A DNA stretch of 64,000 nucleotides from Macrostomum lignano (Eukaryota): positions 151,217 through 215,216 of the forward strand of contig NIVC01001992.1 of assembly GCA_002269645.1 (NCBI GenBank). Direction: 5' to 3'. Both the position numbers and the translations under genes were made by a program. The notes beneath the pieces were generated by a model. It saw nothing but the letters and a program-made list of their open reading frames with translations. It ran no database searches and had not been told where the DNA came from. Shown piece after piece: positions 12,415-24,114 of the stretch; position 1 is the first letter of the stretch; every line of letters starts with the position of its first letter.

Positions 12415-14355
12415 GCCCCCATTTTAACTTTTGTGTGTGCCGCTGCCCTCCATTTAGCTTCAGTGTGTGCCGCTGCCCTCCATTTAACTTCAGTGGGTGC
12501 CGCTGCCCCCCCTTTTAACTTCAGTGTGTGCCGCTGCCCCCCCTTTTAACTTCAGTGTGTGCCGCTGCTCCCCATTTTAACTTCAGTGGGTGCCGCTGCC
12601 CCCCCTTTTAACTTCAGTGTGTGCCGCTGCCCCCCCTTTTAACTTCAGTGTGTGCCGCTGCTCCCCATTTTAACTTCAGTGTGTGCCGCTGCTCCCCATT
12701 TTAACTTCAGTGTGTGCCGCTGCCCCCCCCTTTTAACTTCAGTGTGTGCCGCTGCTCCCCATTTTAACTTCAGTGTGTGCCGCTGCTCCCCATTTTAACT
12801 TCAGTGGGTGCCGCTGCCCACTCCATTTTAACTTCAGTGTGTGCCGCTGCCCCCCCTTTTAACTTCAGTGTGTGCCGCTGCTCCCCATTTTAACTTCAGT
12901 GTGTGCCGCTGCCCCCCCTTTTAACTTCAGTGTGTGCCGCTGCCCCCCCTTTTAACTTCAGTGTGTGCCGCTGCTCCCCATTTTAACTTCAGTGTGTGCC
13001 GCTGCTCCCCATTTTAACTTCAGTGTGTGCCGCTGCCCCCCCCCTTTTAACTTCAGTGTGTGCCGCTGCTCCCCATTTTAACTTCAGTGTGTGCCGCTGC
13101 TCCCCATTTTAACTTCAGTGGGTGCCGCTGCCCACTCCATTTTAACTTCAGTGTGTGCCGCTGCCCCCCCTTTTAACTTCAGTGTGTGCCGCTGCTCCCC
13201 ATTTTAACTTCAGTGTGTGCCGCTGCTCCCCATTTTAACTTCAGTGTGTGCCGCTGCCCCCCCTTTTAACTTCAGTGTGTGCCGCTGCTCCCCATTTTAA
13301 CTTCAGTGTGTGCCGCTGCTCCCCATTTTAACTTCAGTGGGTGCCGCTGCCCACTCCATTTTAACTTCAGTGTGTGCCGCTGCCCCCCCCCTTTTAACTT
13401 CAGTGTGTGCCGCTGCTCCCCATTTTAACTTCAGTGTGTGCCGCTGCTCCCCATTTTAACTTCAGTGTGTGCCGCTGCTCCCCATTTTAACTTCAGTGTG
13501 TGCCGCTGCCCCCCCCTTTTAACTTCAGTGTGTGCCGCTGCTCCCCATTTTAACTTCAGTGTGTGCCGCTGCTCCCCATTTTAACTTCAGTGGGTGCCGC
13601 TGCCCACTCCATTTTAACTTCAGTGTGTGCCGCTGCCCCCCTTTTAACTTCAGTGTGTGCCGCTGCTCCCCATTTTAACTTCAGTGTGTGCCGCTGCTCC
13701 CCATTTTAACTTCAGTGTGTGCCGCTGCCCCCCCTTTTAACTTCAGTGTGTGCCGCTGCTCCCCATTTTAACTTCAGTGTGTGCCGCTGCTCCCCATTTT
13801 AACTTCAGTGGGTGCCGCTGCCCACTCCATTTTAACTTCAGTGTGTGCCGCTGCCCCCCCCCTTTTAACTTCAGTGTGTGCCGCTGCTCCCCATTTTAAC
13901 TTCAGTGTGTGCCGCTGCTCCCCATTTTAACTTCAGTGTGTGCCGCTGCCCACTCCATTTTAACTTCAGTGTGTGCCGCTGCCCCCCCCTTTTAACTTCA
14001 GTGTGTGCCGCTGCTCCCCATTTTAACTTCAGTGTGTGCCGCTGCTCCCCATTTTAACTTCAGTGTGTGCCGCTGCCCCCCCCCCATTTAACTTCAGTGT
14101 GTGCCGCTGCTCCCCATTTTAACTTCAGTGTGTGCCGCTGCCCCCCCCTTTTAACTTCAGTGTGTGCCGCTGCTCCCCATTTTAACTTCAGTGTGTGCCG
14201 CTGCCCTCCATTTTAACTTCAGTGTGTGCCGCTGCTCCCCCCCCCCATTTTAACTTCAGTGTGTGCCGCTGCCCTCCATTTTAACTTCAGTGTGTGCCGC
14301 TGCTCCCCATTTTAACTTCAGTGTGTGCCACTGCCCCCCTATTTTAACTTCAATG
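12415..14355. repeat. 31-bp satellite (TTCAGTGTGTGCCGCTGCTCCCCATTTTAAC), ~60 copies
   Basis: Tandem array with a variable C-run. Confidence 0.95.
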
Positions 14356-14640
14356 TCTGCTGATTTTGTAATCTAATTATAACAAAATATTTTTAGAGAC
14401 AAATATAAAAATATTTGTTTCAGCATTTTTTAGTACGAGTATAGTATATAGCCGACTTTTTGTAGGTTTAAAGAATCGTTGTCCTCGTCATTTAAAGTGA
14501 CAGAAAACCAGCACTATCTTCTCGTTTCAACGATTATGATAAACACAATGATAGATCTGTTATAGGCGCTAGTGGGAGTGCAGGAGAGGTGGCTATAATT
14601 ATTAAGCAAACAAATATAAAAGTGCACGCATCTATGCACT

Positions 14641-15576
14641 TTAGCACCTGTCCATCGCCGGCGGCTGCTGCTCCGCCTCGCTGCCAACAAATTGTACAAA
14701 CCGTCGTTCCGACCACGCGCTGAGGTCCTCGATGACGCCGCCGCTGCGCCACGGCAAGCAGACGGAGGCGCCCAGCCCGCAGGCTTGAAAAGCCGCTTTC
14801 AGGCCGTAGCAGATGCTGTCGGTGAAGAGGCCGCTGGGCTGCTCCTCCAGCGCTGGCGGCCGGCCGCCCAGGAGGCTGCGGGCACGCAGGAGGCCCGCCT
14901 GCAGCAGCAGGTCCGCGTACACCTCAGCGCACAGGCAGCTGTAGGCCTCGGCCAGGCTGCGCTCGCTCTGGCGCCGTTTCTGGCGCGACCGACGCGCCGA
15001 CTGGTTGTTGCGCAATCGGCGAGTCCAATAGGCGTCCGACTTTTGACTGTCCGGCACTCGACTGGCGGCTCGACGCTTCCGGCATCTGGCAGGCGGCTGG
15101 TCATCGGCAGCGACCTCGAGCTCGATTGCCAGCGGCGCGTCCGAGCCGGTTGACGAGGTGCTCGGATAAGTGAACTGCTGCTGACTAAGCGGCTCAGGTA
15201 AATAGTGCCGCATGTCCAGCTGCTGCTGTTGTGGCTGCTGCGGCGGCGGCGGCGGCGGCTGCTGCTCACTGAATGAGTGACATTGCGGATGAAGAAATAC
15301 AGCCTGCTGCTGCTGGTGCTGCTGTTGCTGCGGCGGCGGCGGCGGCGGCTGCTGTTCACTGAACGAATGACATTGCGGATGAAAAAATACAGCCTGCTGC
15401 TGCTGCTGCTGGTACTGAGTCGGAGGCTGGCATACAGGAATCAATGTTGGCTGGATCTGAATGCTCATCGAACAGGGCAGGAGCTCCTGCTGCTGCAGCT
15501 CGAGCAGTTGCGGCGCTGTTTGCTGCTGCACTTCTGCGTAAAACAAATGATCCATTTGAGGGAGTGCACTGTGCAT
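14641..15576 (-). CDS. bZIP transcription factor, PAR/NFIL3 (vrille/E4BP4)-like basic region; apparently single exon
   Basis: Basic region KSDAYWTRRLRNNQSARRSRQKRR matches the PAR/NFIL3 consensus K.D..YW.RR..NN..A.RSR..RR; Q/P-rich N-terminus; first ATG at 15576. Confidence 0.8.
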   Translation of the reverse strand: MHSALPQMDHLFYAEVQQQTAPQLLELQQQELLPCSMSIQIQPTLIPVCQPPTQYQQQQQQAVFFHPQCHSFSEQQPPPPPPQQQQHQQQQAVFLHPQCHSFSEQQPPPPPPQQPQQQQLDMRHYLPEPLSQQQFTYPSTSSTGSDAPLAIELEVAADDQPPARCRKRRAASRVPDSQKSDAYWTRRLRNNQSARRSRQKRRQSERSLAEAYSCLCAEVYADLLLQAGLLRARSLLGGRPPALEEQPSGLFTDSICYGLKAAFQACGLGASVCLPWRSGGVIEDLSAWSERRFVQFVGSEAEQQPPAMDRC

Positions 15577-15929
15577 ATAGATCAACGCTTGCAGGATCTA
15601 CTTTACTTTGCCGTGGAAACTTTTGAGTGTTGAGTTAGCTTATGCTTAATCTTCTTAAGTTGCTTCAGGTAGAAGAAGTTGTTAAAGTGGAAAAATCAGT
15701 GATGTAAGAGTAACTCACGCGAAGGACCGTTATGAATCATCCTGACAATGAGCTGCTGAAATTGTCGATCCTATCGCTAAGTTATCGAAAAATTCAGTCC
15801 GCAAATCAATCAGAAATTTCTTCGTAGATACTATACTGGTCGTTGCCGAAACACTCACTAAAAAGATTTATTAACACCTGCTGCCGCCGATCAGCCGCTG
15901 AATCTGAGATCTGAGCGAATTACCGTGCA

Positions 15930-16150
15930 TGGGGGGGTCGGTGAACGGGGGGGGGGTCGGAGCGCCGCGCCCCGACACAAGCCGGCGGCGGCAGAGCACC
16001 GCCCACCCCAACCTCCATCCAGCCAATCAGAAGCGGGGCGGAAAGTCCGCACGGCCTTCTTGGGGTGGTGGGGCAACCGTCGCTCAAAGTCAGCTGAGCT
16101 GGCGACTTTCTTATCAGGGGCGGCATTCAGCCAACGGGAATCTGGGCCCG
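15930..16150. promoter_or_regulatory. GC-rich putative promoter (CCAAT box plus GC boxes) upstream of the bZIP gene
   Basis: AGCCAATCAG at ~16021 next to GGGGCGG (~16034), second GGGGCGG at ~16117; GC island ~350-570 bp upstream of the bZIP ATG. Confidence 0.45.
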
Positions 16151-16749
16151 CTTTTATGACCTAGTCTATGATTATTTCACACCTTCGTCTGGGGGCTTAC
16201 CTTATAGTACACAGCGCTCAATCAGGGCTGATAATTATCTAACCAATTAACTTTGAAGCTAAATAAATAGCTACACCGTTTTATTTATCGGATATAAATT
16301 TTACTCTATAAACTTGATTTTTTGGTTCACATTTATGACGCCAGAATCGATAGTAATAAAGGACGAGTAGAAAATTATTTGTAGCTTTTTCTTCTGATTC
16401 AATCTGCATGGCTGATTATATCCTTTATATTATTATACACAAGCGTATATGCTAATCATTGCCCGCAGCAGGTAAGAGTCCCCTAATTGATTAATTACAC
16501 TTGATCAACTTGGCCCTCATCCGGAAACCGCACTGCACCGAGGGGTCAGATTGTCAAAGCCTTTACTGGATGCTTGATGTATGTATATATAGCCTATATT
16601 CAGTAAATGCACTTCTCTGCTGGTAGTCTGTCATTCGTTTAAAAAATCCACATAACTCCAATTCATTTTTATAAAAACGAACGCTTCTTACTACATTACG
16701 AGCTAGAATTACTATATACAGTGTAAGGGAAGTTTTGTAAGAGGCAAGA

Positions 16750-17250
16750 GACCAGTCACCGCTTCTATCTTATCCTTCAGTGACCAGTCACCGCCTCCAT
16801 TTCAGCCTTCAGTGACCAGTCACCGCCTCCATTTCAGCCTTCAGTGACCAGTCACCGCCTCCATTTCAGCCTTCAGTGACCAGTCACCGCCTCCATTTCA
16901 GCCTTCAGTGACCAGTCACCGCCTCCATTTCAGCCTTCAGTGACCAGTCACCGCCTCCATTTCAGCCTTCAGTGACCAGTCACCGCCTCCATTTCAGCCT
17001 TCAGTGACCAGTCACCGCCTCCATTTCAGCCTTCAGTGACCAGTCACCGCCTCCATTTCAGCTTTCAGTGACCAGTCACCGCCTCCATTTCAGCCTTCAG
17101 TGACCAGTCACCGCCTCCATTTCAGCCTTCAGTGACCAGTCACCGCCTCCATTTCATCCTTCAGTGACCAGTCACCGCCTCCATTTATCCTTCAGTTACC
17201 AGTCACCGCCTCCATTTATCCTTCAGTTACCAGTCACCACCTCCATTTCA
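16750..17250. repeat. 32-bp minisatellite (ACCAGTCACCGCCTCCATTTCAGCCTTCAGTG)
   Basis: Period 32, ~15 copies. Confidence 0.95.
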
Positions 17251-17512
17251 GTATCTTTTCCGGACTGTCATTGCTAGAACTTTTTAACTAGCGTTGACCA
17301 TCAGGCAAAGGCGAAGATCAACTCTATACATTCAGGGATCTCCAATTTCAATGGACATCCAATCCAACAGCCACTAGCTATGGCATTTTGTGAAAATGAT
17401 ACAGATCGTTCAGACACGTGCCATCTCCGCCAGCCTTTTAGCCAATAAAAATTGAGTGCAATCCCAGTTGCAGAGGCGGCATTCGGTGAGTAATAAACTC
17501 AAGAGCCGTTAA

Positions 17513-19100
17513 TTGGCTGGCTTAGTTGCTTCCTTCATCTGCTCTCGAGTTTGTTTTCTGCTAAAAAGATTTCTCAGAATAACGCAGATCAGAAAGCAAC
17601 AGAATTTCGACCGAAAGCAGACTTTCCAAGAAACATACGGACAGATGCCAGAGCAAATGAACCAGGTGTCCGAGTTCTGTCGCACCTGTTGCAGCGCCGG
17701 CGCCGCCGACACCCCGGCTAATCAGCAGGCGAGTTGGCGCGGTGGCGGCAAGCCGAAGCGGCAGCGGGCGATTTCTGCGGCCCAGCGAGAGGCAGCCAAT
17801 GTCAGGCGAGTGCCCAGCAGATATTAATAAACGATTGACTTTATAGCACGACTGATCTCAACTTTCCATTTCCAATGTTTTAAGCTGCCTCTCCAATTCT
17901 AAAAACTCATAATTCCATGTTGCAACAGTTCCATAGGAACGCTGTCCCTCAACCATAACCATGCAGAACTATAGCAATATAGTTCCATAGCAACGCTGTT
18001 CCATAGCAACGCTGTTCCATAGCAACGCTGTTCCATAGCAACGCTGTTCCATAGCAAAGCGTACCAACACTGTTCCATAGCAACGCAGTATAATAGCAAC
18101 ACTGTTCCATAGCAACGCAGTATAATAGCAACACTGTTCCATAGCAACGCAGTATAATAGCAACACTGTTCCATAGCAACGCAGTATAATAGCAACACTG
18201 TTCCATAACAACGCAGTATAATACCAACACTGTTCCATAGCAACGCAGTATAATAGCAACACTGTTCCATAGCAACGCAGTATCATAGCAACGCCGTTCC
18301 ATAGCAACGTTGTTCCATAGCAACGCAGCTACGAGCGTACATAACAACGCAGCATAATAGCAACGCTGTTCCATAACAACGCAGTTACATAGTAACGCTG
18401 TTCCATAGCAACGCAGCCAGCGACAATGCTCCTTAAAATTCCTTTCAGGGAGCGACGTCGCATGCGTTGCCTCAACCGGGCCTTTGACGCGCTGCGCAGC
18501 AAACTGCAGTCGAGCATCGGGCGCGGCCTAAAGAAGCTCCGACGACCAGCTTCTCGCGTTGAGACACTTCACCTAGCTGCTGGATACATCCGGTTTATGA
18601 CGCATCTGTTGCAGTCTGGCGACCAAATGAAACCCGGTTTTATGCCCAGCACTGCTTCCGACACTTCCAGTTGTATTTCCGGCTCCGGGATCACTTCCGG
18701 TTCAGGTTCCGGCTTTATTTCTGATTCAGGTTCTGGATTCGTTACCGGTTCAGGTTCCGGCTTCACTTCCGGTTCAGGTACCGGATTCACTTCCGGTTCA
18801 GGTTCCGGATTCGTTTCCGGTTCAGGTTCCGGCTTCACTTCCGTTTCACGTTCCGGCTTTGTTACCGGTTCAGGTTTCAGCTTCACTTCCGGTTCAGGTT
18901 CCGGTTTCATTTCCTGTTGTACTTCGGATTCAGATGCGGAAGTTGCAGCCGGTATTAAGAATCTCGCGGCAGCCGAAACTTCGACTCGACTGTCATCGGT
19001 TGAGGGACTGGAAAGAAGCAAAAGACTGCCAATAATTGTCTGCTTTTGCTACCGCTGCCAATGCTGTTGCACAAAAACTGGCACAGAACGTTTGGGGTGA
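17513..19100 (+). CDS. Fer/PTF1-family bHLH transcription factor (by eye closest to Fer3/FERD3L); exons 17513 (or 17645)-17805 and 18449-19100
   Basis: Spliced product reads [27 protein letters not shown]...[20 protein letters not shown], the canonical Fer-type bHLH. This requires the GC-AG intron 17806-18448 (AG|gcgagt ... cctttcag|G). C-terminus has FTSGSGSG repeats; true 3' end uncertain. Confidence 0.8.
17985..18415. repeat. 16/32-bp minisatellite (CTGTTCCATAGCAACG / CAGTATAATAGCAACA) in the bHLH intron
   Basis: Tandem copies; source of the [15 protein letters not shown] ORFs. Confidence 0.9.
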
Positions 19101-19559
19101 CTCGAATAAGCAGGAATAGTAATATTGCATGATTTTCAAGTTTCGAAGACATGCAGGGAAACTCCCTTGCACGATTTGTCCATCCCCAAATCCCCATTTA
19201 TTCCCCAGATTAATTTCCCGAAATGTCCCTTTTCGTCATTGCTGCTGAGATTACCCGTTAATGAAAGCTTCATGCCCTGAGTGCCGCACTTTTCAATGCC
19301 ACAGCAACAAGTAAATATGAATGCAGAATAATAATTCTAAATACATGTCTACAATGGTAATTTTTGCGTTATTTTTGTTATTCCCGATATTTATTGGCAA
19401 ATTATAAATAGTTTAAACTGTAATACGAGTTTAAACTTGTATAATACTCGTATAATAAACTCGTTATACTCGTACATTACAAGTATGCTGATACGAGCCA
19501 ATACTTCTGCATAAACAGAATCATACGTTATTGGTTGTCTCATTTGATGATAAGTGCTT

Positions 19560-20040
19560 AGACAGTTAAGATTAAAGACAGTTTGCGTTATAGACAGTTT
19601 GGATCATGGACATTTTAGTTTATAGACAGTTTATGTCGTGGACATTTTAGATTATAGACAGTTTGGATCATGGAGATTTTAGACTATAGACAGTTTGGAT
19701 CATGGACATTTTAGATTATAGACAGTTTGGATCATGGACATTTTAGATTATAGACAGTTTAGGTCATGGAGAGTTTAGAGTGATCGACATTTTGGGTCAT
19801 AAAAGTTTTTGGTCATGCAGTTTGGTTCGTTGACAGTTTGGGTCATGGACAATTTGGGTCCTGGACGCTTTAGATCATGGACACTTTAAGTCATGGATAT
19901 ATTTTGGATCATTGGCAGTTTGGATCATTATACAGTTCAGGTAATGGGCATTTTAGGTCTTAGACGGTTTAAGTCATAGATAATTTTGCTCATAGACGGT
20001 TTGAGTCATGGGCAGTTTGTGTCATAAACTTTTTTGGGTC
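19560..20040. repeat. Degenerate minisatellite (TAGACAGTTTGGATCATGGACATTTTAGAT-like)
   Basis: Recurrent gacagttt/gatcatggaca motifs decaying rightwards. Confidence 0.7.
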
Positions 20041-20243
20041 ATAGTTATTCTTAGACAGATCATTGTGAGTATACTCGTAGTTTTAGGTTAAAGGTAGTTT
20101 AGCTCGTGGTCAGTAAATTTTAGGACTTATAAACTTTAGTTCATAGTCTGCTTGTTTAAGTCATAAGAGTAGACTGTCTCATAAACAAGTTCAATAATCA
20201 TATTTTTGAAATGACACACTGTACTTTTATTAGTACCAGTGTT

Positions 20244-20244
<1 letters not shown>

Positions 20245-20290
<46 letters not shown>
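20245..20290. repeat. (CT)n microsatellite
   Basis: Direct. Confidence 0.95.
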
Positions 20291-20293
<3 letters not shown>

Positions 20294-20639
20294 CAAGGAC
20301 CGCTGTTAGTCAAAGTCTACATGTATTGGAAACCACGCGGCGGCAACAAGAAATTTCACAAAAACTTCAGGTGAGTGCAGCACAGTTTGCGAGCGCATAA
20401 ATGGTTGTTAGGTCGCTTCCGAACTTTTGAAATATAAAATGTTCATTTCCAGTCTAGCTGGTCACTTTCGCTGGCTCAAAAATACGCTATTCTTTATGAA
20501 CTTTTTTGTTTGAGCCGTCTTGACCTTACAAAACGCCCAGGGTACTTTTAGGCTTCAGTCCACACATTATTATTAAGTGGTCCCTGGCCAGTGGAGGTGG
20601 CCCAGTTTCTGGCCGGCAGAGACCAAACAGCCACCTAAC

Positions 20640-20736
20640 GGCCCGCCGCTAGCGGAGCCCATCCCACGCTAAAAATAGCCCGTTAACGGGACCCAGCCCA
20701 CGGTGGGATGGGCTCCCTTAGCGGGGGCCAGCCCAC
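20640..20736. repeat. ~95-bp palindromic dispersed element, copy 1
   Basis: Internal inverted arms ggagcccatcccac / gtgggatgggctcc with central palindrome cccgttaacggg; inverted homolog at 33783-33880. Confidence 0.75.
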
Positions 20737-23310
20737 GAGCGGAGAGCGGAGAGGGAGAGGTGGGGTGGGTGTGGGGTGAGTGTGGAACGCTAGTGCGCAC
20801 TAGCGTACTAGCACTGTACTAGCAATGAAGCTAGCTGAAAACACTGCACATCCGTGACTCATTTCTCGTATATTAATGTATGCTGGATGAAGACGGCTCT
20901 TTGTCTTTCCTCTCTCCCAAAATTAAAAAACTCCCAGAACGCATTTCGTTTTAAGCTGCAAGGAATTGTATTCTTTAAATAAACGCGTTTCATTCAACGT
21001 ATAGTTTCTACTTTTTAATGCATATCATTTATTAACCTATTTGACCCAGTTGAATCTCTAAGATCTTGAGATTTATTCTTAATACGCTCGTAAGGCTTTC
21101 ATTGTTTCTTTATTCCAAAGGTAAGCAAACGTACGTTGGTTCTTAATTTGCATTGTACTCATTGTATTTTCTTTTATGTCTAGCTTATAATTGCAATATG
21201 CTAGGAATCTTATATTCTTCTATAATGTTAAAGGTGGAAATTTGGTCAAAGAAAAATAGTACAGGCGCAAGAAGTGAGGACGACTAGCCATCCATTTTCG
21301 TTTTGAACGTAAAAGATTCTGAAAAACAAACTTAGCAAAGTTAGGTACCAAGCGAGTTATTCTAAAATTGATAGACAGGCTAATTTCCTAATTCGCAGAA
21401 TCGCTGAGTCCCAGTTTTCTAATTTCTATAGATTGGACTTGTCCTTTAGAAGTTATCTTTATTTTCAGAATACTCGTATACTGCATCCGTTTGTAAATAT
21501 TATGTCAAAAAAGGCAGAAAAATTTTGAATTTCCTCGCAAAGTTAAAACAAATTTGGAATTTGAACAAAATTTAAATTCACGCGGATATTCAAAATCTCA
21601 CGTTCGTTAAATTCTGGCAATCTGGCGCCCCCTTTGGCACTTCATTGGCCCTGAAATACTTGAATTGTGGTTGCTGTATGATCTTATTTCCTTTTCTAGT
21701 TTAGGAAGTCAAATAAAGAGTAAAGTAGTCAAATAAATTGATCTTATGCTGGAGTACAATGAGATACTGAATGTTAGCATTTTAAGCAAAGCGATAATAT
21801 TGTTTGGGATTCTATTTACATTAGAGCAGTATCACCCTTCGATACATATCGGCTGTTTTGTGATTTTAATTTACAGTTGCTCAGGCTCAAGTTGCACTAA
21901 AGTCGCAATCCGCCGCAATCAACCCGCAGGTGACAGAATCCGCTGCCAGCAGACCTCATGGCTGGCTAGCCGTGGTTTGGCTACTCGGGATGCAGTTCAC
22001 CTCCCCGACTGAGCGAGGCCATCGCTGATTTTGTCCGCTAAGATGGCGTTCCGCGACGATGGCCGGCCGGCGGCCACGTTCTGATGCTTGGCGGCGCCGC
22101 CTAGTGAGTTATTGCATCCCACCACAACAGATAAGCACATTCCATCCATAATTGACTCGTCTAAAACAAATAGCCCCAGTCGGAATCCATAAATCCTTAT
22201 CTGATTACAACTGTATCGTAAATTCTGAATTGTACTTCTGAATTGTACTTCTGAATTGTACTTCTGAATTGTACTTCTGAATTAACACCCCTCGTAAATT
22301 TAATTACGAGGTACTTCGAGTATAAAAGTTCAGTAAAACAGAAATACTGAAGTAACTGACTAAAAATGACACTTTTAAAATCTTTCGCAACAGCTGTAGC
22401 CAGGGGCGCGGATTTAGGGGTCCGGTGGGAGCGCCACTCCTCTCAGCGCTCCCTAGGAACTTTTATTACCTGGATACCTAGGTACTTCTTCCTAGGTACT
22501 AGAATTTACCTTGGCTAGTAATCAACATACTGTGATTTACTTTGCTAAAATTCTACAGTTTTTGACGCTGGGCCGTTAAATCATTGATGAAACAAGTTAC
22601 AACCTTATAAACTGTAAATTAATATCACAAAACAGCCGACATGTATCGAAGCAACGAAACTAATCAGTCAAAAACACATTTTGCACTCTCATTCAGATTC
22701 TGCCCGATCGCTACGAGGGCTTCCAGCGCGCTCTGCCGTTGCCGGAGTGCGGGCGAGATTGCCGCCTGGCCACTCGGCTGCCGGCATTCTTTGTCCAGCC
22801 GGACCTGGAGCCCAGGATGTACAACGCTTATGGCCTGGCCGCTGCGATGTCATAGGGGCACCACAAACCTGCACCTGGATATCGCCTGGATACCTGGATA
22901 CTTTGGTCACCATAGCAACATTAATAGAAAATGAGAAGCAGATGAATGTTTATTTAAAACCAGTTTGATTATTGTTATCACAGATTAGACTATGAAACAC
23001 CCGATGGCCGATATGATACGAACAAAGTTTTGTTATTTTTCAGTTTTAACTGCTCCTGTCTTTTCGTGGTTCATATTTTCAGAATTTAACTAGCAATCAG
23101 CGCCCCCCTTGGGGAGCCAAAAAAATGCAGTACAAGTTTTTTTAATAAACTACATGTAGATTGTAGTGTCTCTTTGCAATAACCTCAGCAATCGCTTGTA
23201 AGCGTTGACATCTCAGCAATTCCTCCCCCCACAAGTCTTAAAATATCAAACTCCGCCCTTGACATCTGAGCGATGACCCCCATAAGCCTTGAAATCCTAA
23301 AAAATCTGTC

Positions 23311-23364
23311 AACCCTAACCCTAAGCCTAACCCTAACCCTAACCCTAGCCCTAACTAACCCTAA
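23311..23364. repeat. Interstitial telomeric-type (CCCTAA)n tract, ~9 units, partly degenerate
   Basis: aaccctaaccctaagcctaaccctaaccctaaccctagccctaactaaccctaa. Confidence 0.85.
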
Positions 23365-24114
23365 AGCATTGCCATTTCAGTAATTCTCCCCAAGAGTCAT
23401 TATGACATTACAGCATTATAGCAATTCCCTCCAAGCCTTGACATCTTAGCGATTCCCAAATGAATCTCCTAACTTCGACATGACTCTTCTTTTATATCTA
23501 CTTTCATCTGTTTAAAATGACGCTTCTTCTATTAGCGCCCCTCGTGGGGAACCAACAAAGAATGTAATAAAAAAGTGAATAAACTAGATGTAGCTTCTGA
23601 ATTTTACCTAGACATCTCAGAAATCCCTCATAAGCATATTACGAGTACATCTCAGTTATTCCCCGTGAGCCTTAACATCTCAGTAATTCTCCTCAAGAGT
23701 CACAGCACAGTTTTACGTGACTCTTATTTTATTTTGACATGACGCTTCATTTGATTTTTACATAACGCTTCCTTTATGTTTTGCATGACGTTTCTTTGTG
23801 TTTTACATGATGCTTCTATTATTTTTTACAAGACTTGAAAAAAAGCAAAAAGGCTTGACATCTCAAAACCCCCCCGTAAACCTTAAAATCTAAGAAATTC
23901 TTCCAAAGAGTCACAGCAGAGTTTACGGAAGGCTTCTTTTATTTTCAACATGAAGCTTTTTCATTTTACATGACGCTTTTTAAGTTTTGAAATGACGCTC
24001 CTTTTGACATGACGCTTCTTTTTACATGATGCTTATTGATTTTTACATAATGCTTCTATTTTTTTTTACATTTTTACATTTTTTCATTTTTACATAAAGC
24101 TTATTTTCTTTTCT

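Noticed and set aside
10855-14355. 31-32-bp arrays resembling CRISPR repeats
   Set aside because: Head-to-tail units with no unique spacers, no cas genes, eukaryotic context.
18569-19021. Minus-strand PEPEVK-repeat ORF
   Set aside because: Antisense reading of the SGSG repeat in the bHLH exon.
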